Positions 31,165 to 45,000 of a DNA stretch of 64,000 nt are shown in pieces. The position numbers were made by a program, and so were the translations under genes. Origin of the DNA: the human T2T-CHM13v2.0 reference genome, Homo sapiens; the NCBI RefSeq assembly GCF_009914755.1, contig NC_060927.1, one strand, 5' to 3'. Under the pieces are notes generated by a model. It was given only the letters and a program-made list of their open reading frames with translations. It made no database searches and was not told the DNA's origin. Position 1 is the first letter of the stretch, and the number at the start of each line of letters is the position of its first letter.

Positions 31165-32704
31165 ATCATCTATAATTTTTATGGTTTCAGGTATTAAAGT
31201 CTTTGAACAATCTTGAGTTGATTTTTCTATAAGGTGAGAGATGAGGATCCAGTTTCATTAGCTGTCATGAAAACAACATTAATCTCCTTGTACAGCTCCA
31301 TCAGCACTCTTGGCTGGCCAAATGCATTGTCAATGAGCATTAATATTTCGAAAAGAATCTTTTTTTTTCCAAGCAGTAGGTCTCGACAGGTGGCTTAAAA
31401 TTTTCAGTAAACCCTGCTATAAACAGATGTGCTATCACCCAGGCTTTGTTATTCCATTTACAAAGCACAGGTAGAGGAGCTTTAGTGTAATTCTTAAGGG
31501 CTCAAGGATTTTCAGGATGGTAAATGGGTGCTGGTTTCCACTTAAAGTCACCAGCTGCATTAGCTCCTAACAGGAGAGTCAGCCTGTCCTTTGAACCTTT
31601 GGATCCAGTCATTGACTTCTCTCTAGCTATGAAAGTCCTAGATGGCATTTTCTTCAAACAGAAGGCTGTTTTTCATCTCCATTGAAAATCTGTTGTTTAG
31701 TATATGTACCTTCATCAATGATCTTAGCTAGAACTTCTGCATAACTTGCTGCAGCTTCTAAATCAGCACTTGCTGCTTTATCTTGTACTTTCATGTTATG
31801 AAGACAACTTCCTTCCTGAAACCTCATGAACCAACCTCTGCTAGCTTCAAACATTTTTCTGTGCCTTCCTTGCCTCTCTGTCTTCACAGAATTGAAAAAA
31901 ATTAGGGCACTGCTCTAGATTAGGTTTTGGCTTACAGAAATGTTGTGGCCGGTTTTATCTTTTATCCAGACCATCAAAACTTTCTCCATATCAGCCATAA
32001 GGCTGTTTCACTCTCTTATAAGTTGTGTGTTCACTGGAGTATCACTTCTAATCTCCTTCAAAAACTTTTCCTTTTCATTCACAACTTGGGTGTTTAACAC
32101 CAAGAAGCTTAGCTTTTGGCCTATCTAGGCTTTCAACATGCCTTCCTCACTAAGCTTAATCATGTCTAGCTTTTGATTTAAAGCAAGAGATGTGTAGCTC
32201 TTCCCTTTCACTTGAATACTTTGAGGCTATTACAGGGTTATCAACTGGCCTAATTTCAATATTGTTTTGTCTCAGGGAACAGGCAGGACAGAGGGGAGAA
32301 AGACAGGCAAACAGCTGATCAGTGGAGCAGTCGGAACACACACAGCATTTGCTAAGTTTGCCATCTTATATGGCTGTTTATGGCACCCCGAAACAATTAC
32401 AACAGTAATATCAAAGATCGCTAATTGCTACAAAGCTGCAGAGTTAAGAAAAAAGAGATCACTGACCACAGATCATCATAATAGACAGAGAATAATGAGA
32501 AAGTTTGAGATATTGTGAAAATTACCAAAGTGTGACAAAGAAACACAAAGTGAGCATATGTTGTTGGGAAAACAGTGCTGATAGACTCACTAGATGCAGG
32601 GTTGCCTTAAACCTTCAATGTGTGAAAAATGTAATAACTGTGAAGCATAATACACTGAAGCACAATAAAACAAGGTATGCCTCTGTGAGTGTGTTGTGGG
32701 GCAG

Positions 32705-33126
32705 GGGGTGGTTTATTAAGAGGAATTGGCTCACTAGATTGGAGAGGCTGAGAAGTCCCATGATTTTCCATCTACAAGCAGGAGTCCCAGGAAAGCCTGG
32801 GTGTAACTCAGTCCAAATCTGAGGGTCTAAGAAGCAGTGGACCTGACTATGCAAATCCTTGTCCAAGGGCAGAAGATGAGATGAGACTTGTCAACTCAGA
32901 CAGTAAGGCAAGAAAAAAAGGTGAATTCCTCCTTCTTTCATTTTTTGTTCTATTCAGGTTCTCAACTGACTAGACGATGTCTACTCACACTGGGGAGGGC
33001 AATCTACTTTACTTAGTCCAACTACTCAAATGCTAATCTCAGCTAGAAAGACCCCACAGACACACTCAGAAAAAAATGTTTAATCTAGGTACCCACAGCC
33101 CACTCAAGTTTACACATAAAATTAAA
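32705..33126 (-). mobile_element. MLT2-type (ERVL) LTR fragment
   Basis: GGAATTGGCTCAC...GAGGCTGAGAAGTCCCA...CAAATGCTAATCTC...CACATAAAATTAA. Confidence 0.75.
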
Positions 33127-35506
33127 CAGAGTTAATTATTAATTCAATTTCTTTAACAGACATAGGCTTGTTTAAATTATTTCCTCTCATGTGAGTTCTG
33201 GCAAATTGTGTCTTTTAAGGAATTGGTCCATTTCACCTAACAAATGTGTCGACATAGAGTTGTTAATAGTATTCTCTTATCAGAATCAAATTTTGAATAT
33301 AAGAAGTCTGCTCCCAGAGTGCATGCATGCTCTTACTCATCACACTCGCCATTCCTTGTAGGCTAGCTTATTTTCTCCAATCACCATTTATTTCACAAGC
33401 AACATATTTTAAACATAATTTTTTCAATGCAATTACTAGTCTCCACTTTACCTCTGTTTTGAGGTAAAGTAGAAAGTAATTCCTATTTTGAAAGAGCAGT
33501 CAACTGCCAGCAGAGGCTTAAGCAGAAAGTGCTCTGTCTATAGGCTAAACAAAGGAACGCCTGGTTTTGTTACCAACTTGACCAAGGATAAAATAACTAG
33601 CATTCCTTTCTTTGCCTCCAAAAAGGACATCAACCCACAAACTTCTACCTTTCTTACCTTCTCTGGGCTACTAAGCCTATTACATGTTTCCAATTTGACT
33701 AGGAAGACATTAGCAAAATAAGCTAGTTTTACAATAGCTGAAAAGCCCTCCTCATAAAATCAAAGGTGCTAAAATACAAAAGTGGAAGTTCAGAAGGAAA
33801 AGAAATATTAAACTTAACAGTGCCTATTCTAGAATCACTTGAAAATCACCTTTTTTCTTCTGTTTCTCAGAATTACAGATACTTCCCCAAATTTCTGTAT
33901 AGTATTTCAGAGGAGGTAGGAAAAAATTCAAAGTCTACTAAAAGAAAGGTTAAGTAAATTTCACAATTAGCCTTGCCAATGATGAACATCATTACTGTCC
34001 TTCCATAAAAGAAGAAAGAAATACGTGAAAGTTGACAAATGTTGGCAATAAACTAGAATCCAGAAACCATTGTTATTACCATTATTCTGACCACCATTTA
34101 TGCTTTAAAGTGAAAAGGACAGGGAACATAGAATATTTTGTAACTAAATTTGTTAATTTTTCCCTTTCCTTATCACGCTGTATTCAGAGATGCTTATATG
34201 AGGACTATGGCCAGGAATCTTATAGCCATGCATTTCATTAGTCTCCAACTTTCCCTAGTCAGTGGAAAAAAAACAAGAAAATGTTATAAGCAGCAAGATA
34301 AAAAAATTATTACAAAGCATGCATGCACATTCAGTATAATAAATTCAAGAAATATAAACATTTTATAGTTATGATTGTTTCCACCACTAGAATGAATTCA
34401 AAAATGAAGAATGCTAGATTTACTTGCAGTGAGTAAAAAGCTGATATAATGACAAGGTCAGTCTGTGACATTAAGGATTAATAAGTGTGTTTTATAATAG
34501 ATGTTCTTCAACACTTAATTATCACCAAACACATTATTATAATAACACGATGAAACAGAAGTATAGACAAACAGAGAACAGCTATTTATTAAGGGTGAGT
34601 TTTGCCCTTAGAATTGAGTTAGGAACCGTGGAGAATACGAAAGCAGCAAATGAGATTCTCAACATTAATAGAAGTCATCATTTCATTTCATAAATTCCAA
34701 GTGCAGACTCCCCCTATTTCCTTCTGGCAGAAATTCTACTTTTGCTGAATTCTATGGACTGGAGAGGCACCTACAAAATACGTGTAGGGGAGAGAAGGCT
34801 GTTTTGCTGGTAAATAATGTTGGATACATCATATTAGATGTTAAAGCTGCACTTTAGAGGTGCCATACGGATTTGGTAAGGAGTACAAATAGAAAACCCA
34901 TTCTGCAATGTGTGTAGAAGAGTTTTCTTTAGACAGAGAGTCTATTATGATGCTCCCTGCCACGAATTGTGGACCACAAGTCTCCGCTTAGACAAGATAC
35001 AAGCCTCTAAGTAACATTCCTGATTGAGATTACATATGCTACTGGATGTCAGAAAAGGAAGAGATAGACATGGCTTGGCTCAAAAGGGAAAGACTGTGGA
35101 CAGTTTGAGTAGTGAGATATGGAAAAACAGGGAGAAGAATAAACAGCAAGGAAGTGGTACCATACTCTAGACAAACGAAACTCCAATAAATGCCTTACAG
35201 AGTTATGTCAAGGGTTATTCATGATGGAATAATAGGTGAGTAATAACATACATGGATAACGTGACCCAACCAAACAAAGGACTACCAAAGCCATTCTTAG
35301 CCAGTTGTCACTGTTGAATTCACAGAAAGAGAGCAACTACTATGAATAGTTAGTGGTTTTCCGCAAAGAAAACAGACAATAGGTATCCTAAATTTTTAGG
35401 GGAGCATGGCCTGAGGAAGTCTTGATTAGAGAGAATAGCTGTGTATGTGTACCCATGTGTGTTTAATTACTGCTGCTGCTGTTGTTGGTAAGAAACAACA
35501 AATGTG

Positions 35507-35801
<295 letters not shown>

Positions 35802-38234
35802 AAGAAATAACAAATGTGTCGAACAAAAAGGTTATACACCCAGGTAATAATGTGGCTCAGTCCTTAAAGTTAAGGCTCTCAAAGGATCACTGAAATTAAA
35901 ACTGTTTAATATCTAGAACTTTGAAAATGTTCCTATTATCTAGCCCAGTAATTCCATTTCAAAGAATATATACCAAGAAAAAAATCAAATATGCCAAGAT
36001 TTACAAAGAAATGTGTGTAGCATGGCATTACTTAAGATGGTGAAATTTTAAAAATAACCTAGATGTCCAGCAACAGAGAAATTGTTCATCAAAAAACTAT
36101 TATACGGCTATTTTTCTAACTGCTTTTGAAAAATACTTAGGGAAAAGGGAAACTGATTGTGTATTAGGTGATGAAAATGCAAGATATAAAATTCCATAAA
36201 ATGTATTTTATCATATACGTATGTATAAAATGTATCCTATACAGGTATTAATAATGCAAATATAGCTAATAAAAAATTACTATTTTGCCGGTTGATTATT
36301 CTTAATAGTATTTATTCCTCCTAGCTACAACATATACAATTTATTTCAGACAATTTAAGGGGAAAAAAACAAAAAAATAAAATAAAAATCACTTATAATA
36401 TCACTACTCAGAGATGAAGACTGTTGGTGTATATATACACCTAATCTTTTCCCATGCATTTATTGTATTACTTTTATAATCACATAGTAAGGCTACAAAT
36501 CTATTTTTTGGCAGGGGTTAATTTTTGTGGTAACATATTACAAATTTACTTTTGAAACATTCAACTGTATAAAGAAAATGCAGCTTCTTTCATTTATATA
36601 GTTGATTTAATCATCCTTGGGAACCCCATCCTAGTGGGTAGTGGAAAAACAGACTTGCTAATCAGCAATATTTCAAGCTTTTCCAGCTTAGACAATCCTT
36701 TGGTTTACACATTCATTTATTTGAAATCTGACCTGCCAAAACAGCTGGTTTAAATGATCCCCTTTGGATGACTCATGGGCTTCAAGACAGTCTCTTAGAG
36801 CTCCACTCCCATCCAGGAAGATTAAAAGACACAATCTGTAAAGAAGCTCACAAGAGCCTTCTGGTGAGGGGGAGGGCTTTGGTCCAGCTGATGTCCCTAG
36901 GCATCATTGCTGTTGTCAGCTACAAAGTGACCCTCTTCCTGGGGCCAGTTCCTGCTGAGATGTGGCTGGTCCTAGGCTTCTTTGAAGAAACTTGCGGGCA
37001 CCTGCACTGTGGTCGTAGACAGTTGACTCTGCTAACAAAGTCCCTGCATAGAGCCTGCTCTGCTCCAAAACTAGGCTTCTGCAAGTTCACAGGCTCTTTC
37101 ATACATCCCCACCATACTTATTCCTTAAAGCTCAGGGCACTGTATAATACACAAAGGGGCAATTTTCCTATATAAAAATTATACCTCAAAAAAGCTATTT
37201 TTTACAGTGGTAAAGGAAAATTTGTTTAAAATGTTCACATTAACAAAAAGAAAAGTCTCAAAATAAATTAATTAACCACACAGTGAATAAGTTAGAAATT
37301 GCATAGAAAAATAAACTCTAAAAACATAGGAGAAAAGGAATTTTTTAATGATCCTACAGTTCTTGGCCTAAGGTGAGTGTATAAATGGCAGGATCCAGTG
37401 GCAAGATCCAGTGGATACTAAGGGTATGGGAGTGAGTTCAGACAATAATAGGGTGCACTGTTTGCAATCAACTTAAAAATAATAGTATAGCTCACTAAAA
37501 GTCAGTTTGCTTCTTGTTGTCACTATGAAATAGCAATTTTAAACAATGTAATTAATAAATTACTCCCTGTTAAAATGTGTTGGTCTATGTGCCCAATAAT
37601 TGCCATGGTTACTGTTAAGTTTTAGCAATAGCTACGTAATATATGTGTAAATGTTGAACCAACACATTCTCATTTCTTATACTTTAATAAATGTGGTATG
37701 CCCCATGAAAGTTATTTCAGAAGGAACACTAATTATATGTGATTTACAGATAGGTAATTATATGGCCTGGACTCTGATACATGTTTGTTGGAAAGACTTG
37801 GAGCTCATTTCAGGTGTAGTTTCTGTCTCTGACCCATATATGTCTCCAACTACATATTCCTGTGCTTAAAGGTTAGATTCTAAATAATCAATGAAAGAAA
37901 GAAACACAATTTGAGATATTTCCATTTTGTTCTTCTACCTGCAAATTATTTTCTGAAATTTGTAGAGTTCACTCTATTGGAAGTTTCTTCACAAGTTCTC
38001 CCCTTTCTTTTGTCAATTATTATATTATTGTAATTACATGACTATAATTTATAAGTTTTCCTTTTTGTACTATAATACTTTGTTGCTGATATGATTATAT
38101 GCATACAGATTTCAATAAAAAAATTTTCTGCCATTATTTGTTTCATTTCATTATTATTAGTGAAAATAATTTTGTCATATAGGAAAGGTGAGTCTTAAAA
38201 AATAATCTACTCTGGTTGTCAAGCACTCTGGAGA

Positions 38235-38620
38235 GGTCACTGGTGGGACCATTTAATAAAATGGAAAAATACAGGTGGAAGAAGTATTTGGGGGAAAATG
38301 ACTTTGGGTTCAATTTTAGACACTGAGTTTGATGGTTCTGAGGGACAGACAGGTGAAAACGACCAGTATGTAGCCATAAATAAAGGTAAAGAGCAAGATC
38401 TGGAAATCACAAAAAAGTCGGCCATCAAGGCAGTGAAACTGAACAAGAGATCATCCAAGTAAAAGACAAAAAATAAAGGCTAGAATTCTGTGGGCATACC
38501 TACAAATGAGTGGTAGGCAAAGGAAGCAGAACTAGAGAATGAGAATAAGAAGGAATAACTGGAAGGGCAAGAAAAGCACCTAGACAAGGGAGAAATAAGG
38601 AGGAAAACAGTAATTACAGG
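38235..38620 (-). mobile_element. L2 fragment
   Basis: Purine-rich antisense L2 text (GGTTCAATTTTAGACACTGAGTTTGA). Boundaries approximate. Confidence 0.55.
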
Positions 38621-38834
38621 TATAAAAAGCTATAAACATCAATTTGTATGTGTAAGTCAGTTTATCATGAAGCCTGCAAGCCAATAACACTAGATTTGGC
38701 TACCAGGAGGTCTCTGGTAGTCTTTACAAAAGCAATTGCCAAAGAGCAGTGCCACTTCGCTGACACAGATGATTGGACAATTAGAAGCCCACACTGCCCA
38801 CTCTAGGTGAGCCATAGTGGAAATCTCTGGGCTC

Positions 38835-39018
38835 TGGTGAACTATAGAATGTGGTCCCTGAACCACAGGCATCAGGATTATCTGTCATACCCGCTTAAAA
38901 TGCTGATTCAAGGACCCTACTTCAGATACTCAAATCAGAATCTCAGAGGTAAAACTCAACACTATGTATCCTAAGCACCCAGGTAATTCTTAGGCATGCT
39001 AAAATTTGAGGACCACTG
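38835..39018. mobile_element. MER5A-like (hAT-Charlie)
   Basis: TGTGGTCCCTGAACC...AAATGCTGATTC...AATCAGAATCTC...AAATTTGAGGACCACTG. Confidence 0.7.
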
Positions 39019-42000
39019 CAGTATATGTTCTTCAAGGTCCATTCTACCTCTGATATTCTGGACTTCAATGGATTGTCTCTCTCTGACAATAGGATGTGAA
39101 ATCATGATTACTAAAATCAATGCAGAAGTCAGCAATTACATGATAAACATGCAATAATCAGAAGCACTGAGGGCAGAAATAATACTTTTTATTTACATCA
39201 ATTCATTTTGATCATGTGATATCTTTATTCTGATGAGGGTTGAGGTGCTATAGCCCTAGGGGATAATTATGTTCATAGATAGCTAAGAGACTCATGGAGA
39301 TAGGATTCTGGGCCAGGAAAACTATGAAACAAGAATTAAAAAAGAAAAAGTTCTGTTTAGTAGTACTGAAGTGCTAAAAAGAAGTCAGAGAACCTAAAAG
39401 CACTAGATTCCTATTGTTAGATGTATTCAGAAATACTTAGTTATTGTCTTTTGGTTGGGAAAAGAATTATATTTCTATTTATCTATATATAGAAATAAAG
39501 AGTCAATGTTTCTAATCTATATAGAGAGACAGAGAATCAATGTTTTTTTCCTTAGGGAGGCTACAATTTTAATTAATATTCTCTAATTGACATTGACTTT
39601 AATTGACTGGTGACAGTCTTATGATGGGCCCCTCTGCCAAGCTTCCTGAGTGAGAATCACAACGAGCTCCATTATGAAGAAGAGAAGCCTTTTGTTCTTA
39701 GTGATCTCTGTCTAAGCAATGTTTTTTAGGTCTCAGAATATGACAGCCAGAAAGATCCTTGAGAGACCATTTAATTCAACCTTCTATACCTTACTTTCTA
39801 AAATCATTACATCTACCCATCCCCACCCCCAAAGTCTAAAGGATCTGCTCACTTCACCTGAGTTCTTTCACAGTTATGTCCTTTTGACTCACCTACAGCA
39901 TCCTATACATTGGATTACCTTGGGGAAACTGGTATTCAGGTATACATTACATTATGGGTTTGTATATTTGTTTCAAAGAGTTTTTAATAAAAGAGCAACT
40001 AAGTGAAAAAGAAATCAAGAAAGTTGGGTGGGTTAAATCTGTATATGTGTACTAATCATAGCGTTCCATAGACAGTTAACCAACATGCAGACAATGAGTG
40101 CAAGTCAGAGGATGGGATGAAGAATGGGCAGAGCTAAAGAGGGAAAAAAAGGGGTCAGGACAGAAGACTTCCCACCAGTATGTCACAGGCTAAGAAGAGG
40201 GTCTGAAAACACTAGCTTAAGGTAAGTACACACTTTACAGCAAATACACAAATTATTTGCAGGAAAAAAGCATGGAGAAGGGAGGAGATACAGATAGGAA
40301 GAAGGGAAGACATTTTACACTTTTAACTACCTATTAGGATTTCTTAGACTCTGAGCGTATGGAGTATTTTCACAGGTAATGAAAATTGTTTTAAATTCAA
40401 GTAAGATCACTTCTAAAGTACTTAATTCAAATAAAAATCTTACCCAATTTATGAGGAGAATATTAAAAAAACTCATTCTAATGTTTGAATTTCCTATTAG
40501 GAAATGTCTACCAAATCTATCATATAGTCTACCAAATCTAACATAAAAGAATTTAAAGCAGTATTTATTTTGTCTTCAGCATTCCATAGCTCATAGTTAG
40601 CCTCAGAATACAATAGTTGATATGGTTCAGACTGGAAATATACTGTCCCTTGACTTTTTTCCTAACCACTAAACCCAATTTTCATAATTGTCTTTAAATT
40701 TTGTATAACTTCCACGTACTTTATGCACAAGTGACTCCTCTTTGCCGAGAGGTTATGTACCTTGCCCAGAGTTGACAAGAATTCAAGGGCTAGGCCACAA
40801 GCAGATCTTAGATTCAGATCCTGAATGTTTTTTCTGGACACAGAATCATTTAAAAATCTGATAAAACTCATAGGCTGATTATCTTCCCAGAAAAATAAAC
40901 ATATAAAAATATACTTTAGCATATAATTTTAGAAAATATAAATAACCCCCAGATCAGGAGCCTTCAATTTAGATAAAGCATGTCTTCTAAGGTACCATAC
41001 TCAAATTCTAACATGAGCTACATACGGCACCCTAAAGAGACCCAGTGGGATGCCACTCCTTAGCTAAATGTGTGAGCTATAAGGAGTATAAAAAATAAAG
41101 GGAGGGAAAAGTAAGAAGCAATGAAAAGAAAATTAACTATGTGATGAGCATCTAAAATGTGTCAGGAATTAATAAATAAAAGAGCTCTTCTCTCTCCTGA
41201 TTTGTTTTGTTGCTTTTTTTTGGCTCGAAAATGAATCAATGTTAGTAAACACAGTCATCTTATGCCAGATAGAGGTAAAAAAAAAAAAAGTCATTAAAAT
41301 TCTTGAGGAAAACTAGTTCCAAATTATCATAGATCATAAATGTGGTGCTGATCTTCTAAATCTAACAAATATATGTGAGCTGCACTGAAAATCCAAACAT
41401 TTCCTAAATAATTTTTTAGGAGACAGAACAGATACATTAAAAATTTAGCAGATGTGAGCTCTCAGTGCGAAGCATTAGGGTAATTTTAATTTTCTTCTTT
41501 CTACCTGTCTACCACTTCTAAAATCCCTGCAAAATGTATGTTATGTTTGGAATTAGGGAAGCATTTATTAAAACATGTTTACTGCATAGTAATAAAATGT
41601 CATTTTAGAGGGATGAAAGAAAGATGACGAAAGGACAACTTATTTTATATTCAGCAGTTGGGTGGATGAGTTCTGGGTATGGAGCAGTTCATAGCGTTCA
41701 GAAAAGACCAGGCAAGATTAAGGAAAGGTAAGAAAAGGCCACAGAAATGAGAAAAAAAAAAACAGAAGAGTAAAAAGAATTGTTGTGAACAAAACTACAA
41801 TAGTAGTTAATCCAAGAACCTAGTGTGATGCAAATGTAATCAAAACCCATGTCAGTGAATAAAAAAGGCAGGGGCTAGGATTGTCTTCCCCAGCATAACC
41901 CTGCACATAATATACGTATGATCAACAATTACTTAATTAAACTCATCTGAAGGTTAGGGACCATACAAATGTGTGGAGCACTTTCACATGTATTGTGATC

Positions 42001-45000
42001 TTCACAAATGCCCCTAATAAAATAGGCATTATCTCCATTTCATAGATGAAGAAACAGCTCAGAAAGCTTATATGTTTTCAGTATAAAGTCACATGGCTCT
42101 TTTGTGGCAGAACTGAGGTGTTAAAAGGCCCCTGGCTCCATGTTGCTTTTTTTCTACACGACAGCACCTTTACAAGCTTGGTTATTTGGTTTATCTTAAT
42201 TATATTCTACATAAGCTAAATATCAGAAAAGTATGGTAAGTTTACCAAAAGACATCTAGCCTTTCTGATTTGCATTTCCCTTCGAGCATTTAACAATGTG
42301 CTTACTACAGACTAGAATTAAAAAGGTAACTTTCACCTCCATATTATGTATCTTCAGTGACAATTATAAGGATCGCCAGGTTCGGGTTAGCACAAAGGCA
42401 ACATTACGACAGCATATCAAAGATTATATATTTACCCAAATAAAAAGCAGCCAGATCACTTTAATAAGGGTTAGGTTTGGATTTACGTTTAAGAGAGTCA
42501 AGTGAAAAACCATTTGTCACTTCTTATTCTTTATATCTAGTTTATCCTTTCACAAACTGAATGTCCACGTAGCTTAGCCAAGCCAATCTTCCTCTCTCTT
42601 TGTCTAGTTTCCATTCCCAGGACATCTTTGGAATGCACAGGGCTCTGCCTGCACAGGAGGTGGTAACACAGCACCACATTTAGAAGAGACAACTGTTCCT
42701 ACCACTTTCTGTAATTCTACCCAAAAGATAAGCTAAGAAAGGGAAAGGAGAAGAAAGAAAAAAAGATACACCTTCCAAAGTAAACTCAGAATTTTGAAGG
42801 AGGGCTCTAATTTAAATATATTGTTATATTCTCAAGTGAGATAAGCTATAAAAGGTTCCTAAACATATGGGGATGCTAAATAAACTCAGCTTCAAGAATT
42901 AATGCCAAAAAAAACCAAAAGACTATCTACCCATACATATATATATGTACATATGTATGGAGAGAGATATATATATAATCTTTTAAATAAATGTCCAGAT
43001 ATAACAGTCATAATTTGAGTAAAAAAGTTTATAAAAGCCACTGACCACATGGCATGATCTGCGTTAAATTTTAAATCTCTAATCTTTCTTTACATTCTCT
43101 ATTACGATTTAGATATAACTTTACAAGATTATGCTGTTTCAACTACATTAACTCTTCAAAACAAAATATTTCACTTTCCACAGCTATTTGCCAATCGAGA
43201 GCCCAAGACGCGTCTTTTAAAAATTAAACATAAGCATTTCTAATGGAGCTGCCTCCATCTCCTGCTATTCTCCCCTTATTGCTGTGCCATGTTGTCTAGC
43301 CTTCAAATTCCTACTGACTTGTCAGTAGGAATTTCTACTAGTCAGTAGGAATTCAACTTAGAAATTCAGTAGGTCTCAGCTTAGAAATCACTTTCTTAAA
43401 GAACCCTTCTCATAAAGGACCACCCTTTCCTGTCCATTTTTCGCATAGTACCCTGTGCCTTTTCTTCTCTGCACTTATTGAAACATGTCAAGTAAATAAG
43501 CAAATGAGAAAGCAAGTGAATACATATAGTTGTATTGTTTTCCTCTTTGTAGGAGCTTTTCTATCTTATTTTTTTACTATGCATTGGCAAGCAGTGCCAC
43601 TGAATGAGGTGGGGATTCCTCCCAAAGTCAGTGCATGTTCTTCTTTATTCTCACAATAAGGACACATTTGCCAATAACTTTAATGTGACACAGGGTAGTT
43701 TCCAGTTCACTCCAGTAGGAAAGAGAGAGAGAGAGAGAATTTTTGAGATCTTAACCAAAAAGCACCTCAGATAAGGGTGACTTACAAGTAGGGTACTGTA
43801 AAGCTCAAATTATTTGTAAGGTGCCATCTGAGATTTTTAAAAACATCAGATGCATTATATATTTTTATATGTGAAAAATAATACATGTTTTATGGGTCAT
43901 CCCTAAAGAGAGGCATATGGCCTGCTTCTGCAAAATGGGTTTTATGTTCTTTTCTGGATCTGGGGGAAACCAACGCACGACTAGGGGAAGGTGCTGAACG
44001 AGAACAGAGTGACATTCCTGTGTGCCTGAAGCCTCTCAGGTTTCTGTTCCTTCTTTCCTAGGTCTCTTGCCTGCTTTGGGTCCCCAGGGAATTATAGACA
44101 ATAGCCAGAGAAATTACATGAGAAAAGAAGATCTAGCTTCTCTAAAACCCAATGGGGAAGTACTCTTCTGTGAAAAGGTCCTTAATATCGAATTAAAAAA
44201 TAAAGTACAGGACAGAGAAAATAAAGTCCAGAACAGGGAAGGAAACTTATCCAAGCATATAAATGAAATACTGAGCTAGAATTTAGGGCAAAACATTCTT
44301 CTGAAGCTATGTCAAAAAGGGGATCCTAATTAACAACAGATAACTTAGCAATTAAAAAATATTACACAAGACAGAGCAATAACTCTCTCTTTATCTCTTC
44401 GATAACTTTGAGCAAGTGTTAACTAAAGATGTTCAATCTGTGATGCCCATATTCCAGAGGCCCCTTTAGAAAAGTATACCATTGCATTAAAAACACTCAG
44501 AGTTCTTATTTAGCTACCTATTTTTAAGTGACATTTGAAAAATTAACAACATCAAGGTTTCTAAAAATAGGCAAGTCAGCTTTGTTGTACTTGTCAGAGA
44601 CGGGAACAGTGCATCCACCCACTGCTTGCTTCTTTAACTTAACTGCTAGTGTGGTAGAGACATAGAAATACATAAAGAATAAAACAGATAAAGATAAAAT
44701 TCATCTCATACACATAATGTAAATAGCAATGGCTTCCACCCCATTAATTAATGAGTAATTTTTCAGTATCTGCTCTATGCCCACCATATGCTAGCATTCA
44801 AGAGAACACAAGAGAAAAACAGGGTATGGCCCATGTTCCTAAGAAGTTTATCATCGAGTTGGAGAAAAAAAACACTAACAGCCATAGAACAAAAACCAAG
44901 AAACAAAAAGCACTATGCAAGTGCCAAGTGGTAAATATTAAAAAAAAATAATAATAATCCAACACTGTAGTGACTATAAAAATAAAGAAAGGTCATAAAA

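Larger units (their letters stand above)
27704..32683 (-). mobile_element. Tigger1, near full length, split by insertions (pieces ~27704-28351, 30155-30388, 30475-30550, 31258-32683)
   Basis: TIRs CAGACATACCTC and AGGTATGCCT. Transposase remnants in minus-strand ORFs ([18 protein letters not shown]; [11 protein letters not shown]...[11 protein letters not shown]), disrupted by stops and frameshifts. Confidence 0.92.

Noticed and set aside
28155-31887. Tigger1 transposase-like and L1 ORF2-like ORFs as active or domesticated genes
   Set aside because: Short, frameshifted, stop-ridden and split by insertions.
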